DNA of 64,000 bases, from contig CAVPFC010000016.1 in NCBI GenBank assembly GCA_963703605.1, forward strand, positions 26,122-90,121, read 5' to 3'. Below are positions 60,022-64,000 of this stretch, piece after piece. How positions within the stretch are numbered: the stretch's first letter is position 1; each line of letters starts with the position of its first letter. The translations under genes were made by a program, and so were the position numbers. The stretch comes from an uncultured Actinomycetes bacterium (GTDB lineage: Bacteria; Actinomycetota; Actinomycetes; Streptosporangiales; Streptosporangiaceae). A model generated the notes under the pieces. That model was not told the DNA's origin, ran no database searches, and saw only the letters and a program-made list of their open reading frames with translations.

Positions 60022-60225
60022 ATGGTGCGGCTCCCCGCCGTCCTGCCCACCGGCGGCCTGGGCGCGAGCCTGGAACAGGAGATCCGTCACCTGGTCGGCG
60101 CGGGTAGTTCCGACCTGCTCGTCAAGACCCTGCAAGAATCGCTGAGTAACTGGTCCACACAGTTGTGCCAGCGGCTCATCGCCGACCTGAGCGAGATGGC
60201 GGTGGAGGGCGCCGCCAGCGGCTGA
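60022..60225 (+). CDS. hypothetical protein or gene remnant; the coding-like frame is open from 59818
   Basis: 67-aa ORF. The same frame upstream (59818-60021) has coding-like third-position GC and reads ...PADPAQLDRLRTWAWERGRTDVILDLDLHAGAWAFQQSPSRAN but has no ATG, GTG or TTG. I recognise no family. Confidence 0.3.
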   Translation: MVRLPAVLPTGGLGASLEQEIRHLVGAGSSDLLVKTLQESLSNWSTQLCQRLIADLSEMAVEGAASG

Positions 60226-60295
60226 CCCGGCCGCGGGCGCCCCGGGCGCCGCCTGGCCCGGCCGGACCGCCGCTGACCGTTGAGGGGAGCGCTCC

Positions 60296-61699
60296 GTGCC
60301 GTTGCACAGGGATGTCCGGCAGCCTGGCCAGCGGGCCGAGGTCGACATCAATCCCTTGTACGTCCGTCTTGTCCATCACCCGATTCCCATGCACGTTCTT
60401 CCCGAGAACCCGATGCTGCCGGACACCGCGCTCCAGGTGGTGCGGGACGAGCTGCTGCTGGACGGGAACGCGCGGCTGAACCTCGCCACGTTCGTCACCA
60501 CCTGGATGGAACCGCAGGCACAGCGGCTGATGGCCGAGTGCCTCGACAAGAACATGATCGACAAGGACGAGTACCCGCAGACCGCGGAGTTGGAGGCCCG
60601 TTGCGTCAGCATCCTGGCCGACCTCTGGCACGCGCCGGAGGGCGGCAACGCGACCGGCTGTTCCACCACGGGGTCCAGCGAGGCGTGCATGCTCGCCGGG
60701 ATGGCGCTGCTGTGGCGCTGGCGCGAGGCAAGGCGCGCCGCGGGCGCCGCGACCGACCGTCCCAACCTGGTTATGGGCGCGAACGTGCAGGTGTGCTGGG
60801 AGAAGTTCTGCCGGTACTGGCAGGTGGAGCCGCGGCTTGTGCCGATGGTGAAGGGGCGTTACCACCTGACCGGGCCCGAGGCGGCGGCCCGCTGCGACGA
60901 GAACACGATCGGCGTGGTGGCGGTGTTCGGCTCGACCATGGACGGCAGCTACGAACCGGTCAGCGAGATCAACGGCGAGCTGGACCGCCTGGCCGCGGGC
61001 GGCGGCCCGGATGTGCCGATCCACGTGGACGGCGCCTCCGGCGGGTTCGTCGCGCCGTTCTTGCAGCCGGACCTGATCTGGGACTTCCGGGTGCCGAGGG
61101 TGGCCTCGATCAACGCTTCCGGGCACAAGTATGGGCTGGTCTACCCCGGTGTCGGCTGGGTGGTGTGGCGCGAGCCCAGTGCGCTGCCCGAGGACCTGGT
61201 GTTCAAGGTCAACTATCTGGGCGGCCAGATGCCGACGTTCGCGCTGAACTTCTCCCGGCCCGGCGCCCAGGTCGCCGCGCAGTACTACAACTTCCTGCGG
61301 CTCGGCTTCGTCGGGTACCAGCGGGTACACCAGGCGTCCCGGGACGTCGCGCTGCACATGTCCGGGGAGATCGCCAAGATGGGCCCGTTCGAGCTGATCA
61401 CCGAGGGGCGGGACCTGCCGGTGTTCGCGTTCCGGCTGGCCGACCCGGCGCCCAGCTACACCGTGTTCGACCTCACCGAGCGGCTGCGCAGCCGCGGCTG
61501 GCTGGTGCCCGCTTACACGTTCCCCGCGGACCTGACCGACATGGCGGTCATCAGGATCGTGATCCGCAACGGCTTCACCAAGGACCTCGCGGACCTGTTC
61601 CTGTCCGACCTCAACAGCCACTGGCGCACCCTGTCCGCGCACCCCTACGACTGCCCGCCCCTGGTCCCCGAGGGCAAACGGCAAAACTTCGCCCACTGA
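60296..61699 (+). CDS. glutamate decarboxylase (PLP-dependent, group II)
   Basis: GTG 60296 follows GAGGGGAG. Contains NARLNLATFVTTWMEP, DKDEYPQTAELE and SGHKYGLVYPGVGWVVWR (PLP Lys). Confidence 0.95.
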   Translation: MPLHRDVRQPGQRAEVDINPLYVRLVHHPIPMHVLPENPMLPDTALQVVRDELLLDGNARLNLATFVTTWMEPQAQRLMAECLDKNMIDKDEYPQTAELEARCVSILADLWHAPEGGNATGCSTTGSSEACMLAGMALLWRWREARRAAGAATDRPNLVMGANVQVCWEKFCRYWQVEPRLVPMVKGRYHLTGPEAAARCDENTIGVVAVFGSTMDGSYEPVSEINGELDRLAAGGGPDVPIHVDGASGGFVAPFLQPDLIWDFRVPRVASINASGHKYGLVYPGVGWVVWREPSALPEDLVFKVNYLGGQMPTFALNFSRPGAQVAAQYYNFLRLGFVGYQRVHQASRDVALHMSGEIAKMGPFELITEGRDLPVFAFRLADPAPSYTVFDLTERLRSRGWLVPAYTFPADLTDMAVIRIVIRNGFTKDLADLFLSDLNSHWRTLSAHPYDCPPLVPEGKRQNFAH

Positions 61700-61833
61700 C
61701 CTGCCGGCGCCGCGCGGGAATCCGCAAGCCTGCCCACCAGACCGTCCCCGGCAATCCACCCCGTCGCTCAGTCCCGGCGGGCCCGGGCGGACTTATACAG
61801 GTGAAAGCGGACGCCGGGCTGCGGGAGCTGTGT

Positions 61834-62385
61834 ATGGACTGGGTCAGGAACGCGGCGGCCAAGCGTGGGTTTGAGCGCTTCGCGGCCGAGGTGTCGGGTC
61901 CGCTGCTGCGCACAGGTTTCCTGATGACGGGGGACGCCAGGGATGCCGAGGATCTGGTGCAGGAGACGCTGCTGAAAGTGGCGCGGCGGTGGAACCGGGT
62001 CCGGGCGATGGATCACCCGGCCGCCTACGCCCGCCGCATTCTGGTCAACCTGGTCCTGCATGACGCCGAGCGCCGGTCCCGGCAGCGGACCGAGCTTCAG
62101 CCGCGGGACGGGGCGGAAGCGGCCGACGAGAGCGCGGCACAGGCCCTGCGGGAGATCGATGACCTGGCCGAGTTCCGCTGGGCGCTGGCGCAGCTGCCCG
62201 CCCGCCAGCGGGCCGTGCTGGTACTGCGCTACTGGGCTGACCTGCCCGTCTGTGAGGTGGCCGACATCCTCGGCCGCTCGGAAGCGACGGTGACCAGCAC
62301 CGCATCGCGGGCCGCCGCCCGTCTGGCCGAGATCCTCACCCACGCCAAGTCGTCTGACGCGAAGCCAACCGCGCCGCACGCGTGA
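61834..62385 (+). CDS. ECF (sigma-70 group 4, SigE/SigM-like) RNA polymerase sigma factor
   Basis: Region 2 is DAEDLVQETLLKVARRWNRV. Region 4 is LPARQRAVLVLRYWADLPVCEVADILGRSEATVTSTASRA. Start is ATG 61834 or GTG 61801. The 701-aa track ORF is an upstream extension of this reading frame across gad. Confidence 0.85.
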   Translation: MDWVRNAAAKRGFERFAAEVSGPLLRTGFLMTGDARDAEDLVQETLLKVARRWNRVRAMDHPAAYARRILVNLVLHDAERRSRQRTELQPRDGAEAADESAAQALREIDDLAEFRWALAQLPARQRAVLVLRYWADLPVCEVADILGRSEATVTSTASRAAARLAEILTHAKSSDAKPTAPHA

Positions 62386-62396
62386 AAGGAACACCG

Positions 62397-63044
62397 ATGC
62401 CAACCGAGGAACTAGAGCGGGAACTGCGCAGCGTCTTCGCCAGGGCGGCGGCCGAATACCAGGACCCGGAGCAGGCCCGTCGGCGGGTGCTGCAACACAA
62501 CTACCGGCCCGGACGCCGCCCCGGGCTCGCCGCGGGCAGCACCGCCGCCGCGAGCACCGCCGCCGTGCTGCTCGGCCTGGCCCTGTCCGGGACGTTCGGC
62601 CCAGCCCCGGCCCGCGGCACCGGCACGATCCGTACCGCGGCCTTCACCCTCACCAGCAACCCCAACGGCACCGACACACTGACGATCAACCAGATGGTGC
62701 TGCTCGACCCCCGCACATTGCAGAACGACCTGGCCCGGTACGGCATCCCCGCGAAGGTCACCGTCGGCCGCTTCTGCTCCTCAAATCCCGCCCCGGCCGG
62801 ATTCTTCAAGGTCGTGGCGGCCGCTCCACCTCCACCATTCCGGGGCGACCGCACGGGCCTTCCGAAGCTCACGATCAACCCAGCCGCGATGCCGGCAGGT
62901 ACCGAGCTCAGCGTCGGCGCCTTCCACGTCGCCCATGGCCAGCGGGCCGTGCTCGCGCTGATCGACACGAACTCCTACACCTGCGCCAGGACCATGCCCA
63001 CCACCCTGCCGGCCGGCGGGATGGACGTTGCCACCGGCTCCTGA
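62397..63044 (+). CDS. single-pass membrane protein downstream of the ECF sigma gene (possible anti-sigma factor)
   Basis: ATG 62397 follows GAAAGGAA. It has a short cytoplasmic N-terminus (MPTEELERELRSVFARAA), a TM helix (AAGSTAAASTAAVLLGLALSG), and an extracytoplasmic domain of about 150 aa. No zinc-finger anti-sigma motif. Confidence 0.55.
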   Translation: MPTEELERELRSVFARAAAEYQDPEQARRRVLQHNYRPGRRPGLAAGSTAAASTAAVLLGLALSGTFGPAPARGTGTIRTAAFTLTSNPNGTDTLTINQMVLLDPRTLQNDLARYGIPAKVTVGRFCSSNPAPAGFFKVVAAAPPPPFRGDRTGLPKLTINPAAMPAGTELSVGAFHVAHGQRAVLALIDTNSYTCARTMPTTLPAGGMDVATGS

Positions 63045-63145
63045 CCCTCCCCGTCGTCCGGACAGGCGCGAACCCCGGCAAGCCGACGCCGGGTTCGGCG
63101 AGTGTCACCAAGTGCCCGGTCAATCCCGGGAGAAGGAGAATCGCT

Positions 63146-63676
63146 ATGCGCAGATACCTCGTTTTGCCGGTGCTCGGCGCGTGCCTGCTGGTGCTCGCGT
63201 CCGGGCCACCCGCCCTCGCCGCGGGCCGCACGGTCTACGCGGGCAAGAACTCCCAGGGCGAGAAGCTCCGGTTCGCCGTGGATCACACCGCCAGCGGCCC
63301 GAAGTTCGACCCGAGCTTCATTCTCCAGAAACTGCGCTGCCCGGTAACCGGTGACCAGGTCACGGTTGAGAGCATCTTCGGCGGGTTCCAGATTCCCATC
63401 AGGAACGGAAAGTTCAACTTCGTGCTCAACGGACTCTCGTTTCGGTTGCGCTGGAGCGGGACGGTCACATCCACGCGAGCATCCGGCAGGGAGTCCGTAG
63501 ACATGGCCGCGTTCGACAACAACGGCGGCCTCCAGAAGTGCGGAGCCGGTTCGCTGCCATGGACCGCCAAAGCTCTCGCTCCAGGCTCCTTGGCGCCCGC
63601 CCCGGCGAGCGCCTCATACGTCATCAAGGTCACCAAGTCACCGGACGGCTCCACGCACTACTCGATCACCCACTGA
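63146..63676 (+). CDS. secreted hypothetical protein
   Basis: 176 aa. Signal peptide MRRYLVLPVLGACLLVLASGPPALAAG; RBS GGAGAAGGAGAA upstream. No recognised family. Confidence 0.6.
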   Translation: MRRYLVLPVLGACLLVLASGPPALAAGRTVYAGKNSQGEKLRFAVDHTASGPKFDPSFILQKLRCPVTGDQVTVESIFGGFQIPIRNGKFNFVLNGLSFRLRWSGTVTSTRASGRESVDMAAFDNNGGLQKCGAGSLPWTAKALAPGSLAPAPASASYVIKVTKSPDGSTHYSITH

Positions 63677-63748
63677 CCAGAACCACCACCCACGAAGCCC
63701 GCCCGCCCAGGGAAGGTAGACCTCCCAGGGCCGGCGGCGGTCCAGCTG

Positions 63749-64000
63749 CTAAGGAGTCGTGTCCGCCGCGAAGAACAAGCCGACTAGGGTGCCCTCGGAC
63801 CGGGTCACGACCACGCGGGTCACCCCTCGATGGCCCATCCGGTCGGCCAGAGCTAGGGCGTCCTCACTTGGCCGCACTGTGGACACGCCGAAGCGCATCA
63901 CCGTCCCGACCGCAGCCTCCCCGGTGGCGCCTGCCAGCTGGTCCCGGTGGGCGGCGCCCATGACCACACCAGCCCGGTTGATGACCACGACCGGGCCGAA
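63749..64000 (-). CDS. CBS-domain protein, C-terminal part; the gene starts beyond the right edge
   Basis: The frame is open to the window end. ...VVINRAGVVMGAAHRDQLAG...VMRFGVSTVRPSEDALALADRMGHRGVTRVVVTRSEGTLVGLF is a typical CBS pair segment. Confidence 0.55.
   Translation of the reverse strand, partial: FGPVVVINRAGVVMGAAHRDQLAGATGEAAVGTVMRFGVSTVRPSEDALALADRMGHRGVTRVVVTRSEGTLVGLFFAADTTP

Noticed and set aside
60280-62385. 701-aa ORF spanning gad and the ECF sigma gene.
   Set aside because: Only the last 184 codons or so carry sigma-70 region 2 and 4 motifs. The upstream part overlaps the clearly genuine glutamate decarboxylase gene in another frame.

Overview
This is a very GC-rich actinobacterial chromosomal segment, densely coding on both strands. 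I recognised no rRNA, tRNA, CRISPR array, transposase or integrase.

Core genes, in an order that from memory resembles the M. tuberculosis Rv1445c-Rv1473 region:
- a crotonase fragment, a small HTH protein and an ABC-F ATPase (1-2343)
- the complete sufR-sufB-sufD-Rieske-sufC-sufS-sufU-sufT operon (16026-22652, minus strand)
- an ABC-2 exporter, ctaA and tkt-tal-zwf-opcA-pgl (30942-42875)

Accessory blocks inserted between these:
- a DUF222/HNH gene next to an orphan MFS 3' fragment, and an acVLRF1 (Vms1-like) peptidyl-tRNA hydrolase (2671-5812)
- a Calvin-cycle island (5933-14952). It carries a LysR regulator, red-type form I RuBisCO cbbL-cbbS-cbbX, a prk/LuxR response regulator/GAF histidine kinase operon, and a class I aldolase. 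A secreted Cys-pair repeat protein follows it.
- a GntR-controlled gamma-glutamyl amine catabolic operon (23899-30889)

The right third holds housekeeping and accessory genes:
- an RCK-domain membrane protein, SatP, MscS, Lsr2, a disordered repeat protein, WhiB and CysH
- an AidB-like dehydrogenase, GlgX, a RibD_C reductase, LigC, a Tat-exported GH2 glycosidase and glutamate decarboxylase
- an ECF sigma module and a CBS protein fragment

Main hunt results:
1. The cbb island contains a two-component system co-transcribed with prk, and phased direct repeats upstream of cbbL.
2. At least six single-base frameshifts interrupt otherwise intact genes: LysR, cbbL, tkt, the disordered protein, and GH2 twice. 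Three of them lie in G runs. The assembly must therefore be checked before calling any of them pseudogenes.
3. Several unexplained repeat structures are present: six GGGGGCGGG copies inside the ABC operon, a perfect 20-bp tandem duplication upstream of sufR, and 21-bp repeats in the ABC-F leader.

I found no clear, self-contained novel multi-gene system such as a defence island. The prk-RR-HK operon and the acVLRF1 gene are the best candidates for understudied biology.
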